Source of the DNA: a virus
Lineage: Duplodnaviria > Caudoviricetes
Reading direction: 5' to 3' (one strand)
Virus record (IMG/VR): IMGVR_UViG_3300028809_000018
Span: 1-55,873 of that record
DNA: 55,873 nt
The notes below the pieces were generated by a model. That model was given only the letters and a program-made list of their open reading frames with translations. It was not told the origin of the DNA and searched no databases. Below are positions 55,162 through 55,873 of the stretch, one piece after another. The translations under genes and the position numbers were made by a program. Numbering within the stretch: position 1 is the stretch's first letter; the number at the start of each line of letters is the position of its first letter.

Positions 55162-55700
55162 AGGTACTTCTCGATCAGGTCGGCGATGAACGCGAACGAG
55201 AATCCGCGGTCGTTGAGCGACGCCAGCGTCGTCCATTCGGTGGGTTTGTCGTTGGCGCCGTGACGCGGCGCGCTCGGGTTGGCCGCCTGGTGGGCGTGGA
55301 CCGCGGAGATCGGGATGATCGGGTCCCTCGTGGGCAGCTTCGCCCAGTCCTTGAACGGGATTGGGGGCATCGAGCGGTCATTGGCGCCGCCGGGGCCGGT
55401 GAAGGTGATGACGTCGCTGCCTCCGCGCTGCTCGGCAGAGAGGCCGGGGACCTTGTTGCGTACGGCAATGTCGCACAGCACGCCGAGGCAGCAGTACTGC
55501 TTCTCGCCGCTCTTGGCGACCTTCGCGAGCTTGCCTTGGCCCTGCTTGTACTCGCCGGAGCGCAGGGCGCTCAGCCATTGCGCCTTGATGCCCGGCTCCA
55601 TGCGGCCGATGCGGGCGCGAGCGTCGCCGGGGCTCAGATACGACGCGATCGATTCGATCGATTCGACGTTCGATGGGTAGACGAAGGTGTCGGTAGCCAT
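55158..55700 (-). CDS. CCLGVL-motif protein (tandem paralog 1)
   Basis: RBS AAGGAGAGAAG; WLSALRSGEYKQG...CCLGVLCDIA...LND. Confidence 0.85.
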   Translation of the reverse strand: MATDTFVYPSNVESIESIASYLSPGDARARIGRMEPGIKAQWLSALRSGEYKQGQGKLAKVAKSGEKQYCCLGVLCDIAVRNKVPGLSAEQRGGSDVITFTGPGGANDRSMPPIPFKDWAKLPTRDPIIPISAVHAHQAANPSAPRHGANDKPTEWTTLASLNDRGFSFAFIADLIEKYL

Positions 55701-55746
55701 GATCAGCTTCTCTCCTTGAAGACTGGCTGAGGGGGATATCCACCTC

Positions 55747-55873
55747 ACTCACCACACCATCTTCACACCCGGATATACCCCTGTCAACCTCCTCTCATGA
55801 TCAACATAAAGCAAATGATCATGCCCCTGACCTGCTATCTTTCATTTTTTCTTTCTTTTAGTTCTGAGTATTC
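55747..55873 (-). repeat. Right terminal inverted repeat (127 bp)
   Basis: Exact reverse complement of 1-127. Confidence 0.97.

Noticed and set aside
55731-55745. Extra operator copy GGGGGATATCCACC
   Set aside because: Shares the GGATATCC centre but lacks the CGGGT half-site; at best a weak site.

Overview
This window looks like the complete ~55.9 kb genome of a high-GC tailed phage of an actinomycete host (siphovirus-type tail module; the capsid module recalls Rosebush/cluster-B-like actinophages). It is bounded by a perfect 127-bp terminal inverted repeat containing a TTGACA promoter that fires inward from both ends. Layout: accessory genes on the left (+); a leftward replication block (primase-helicase, SSB, Cas4-like exonuclease, two ParB-like proteins, tRNA-Met); terminase; an inverted RNA ligase/tRNA-relic insert; a long rightward virion operon (portal, MuF, protease, a 1365-aa ART-like/histone-like protein, capsid, tail); a glycosyltransferase/methyltransferase cassette; lysis genes; and a leftward right arm of early/accessory genes. 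I found no integrase, DNA polymerase, protelomerase or small terminase. The most striking feature is a solitary RAMP/Cas7-like gene (50283-51086) flanked on both sides by non-coding arrays that are not CRISPR. About 35 units each start with a GTCGG/CCGAC delimiter followed by a 5-nt-periodic run of semi-conserved trinucleotide plus variable dinucleotide, which makes this a candidate phage RNA-guided system. Other notable items: a palindromic ATATNCGGGT operator at several early promoters with an adjacent HTH gene, a five-gene tandem paralog array, and two degenerate tRNA-like elements beside an RNA ligase. All calls come from reading motifs by eye; no searches were run.
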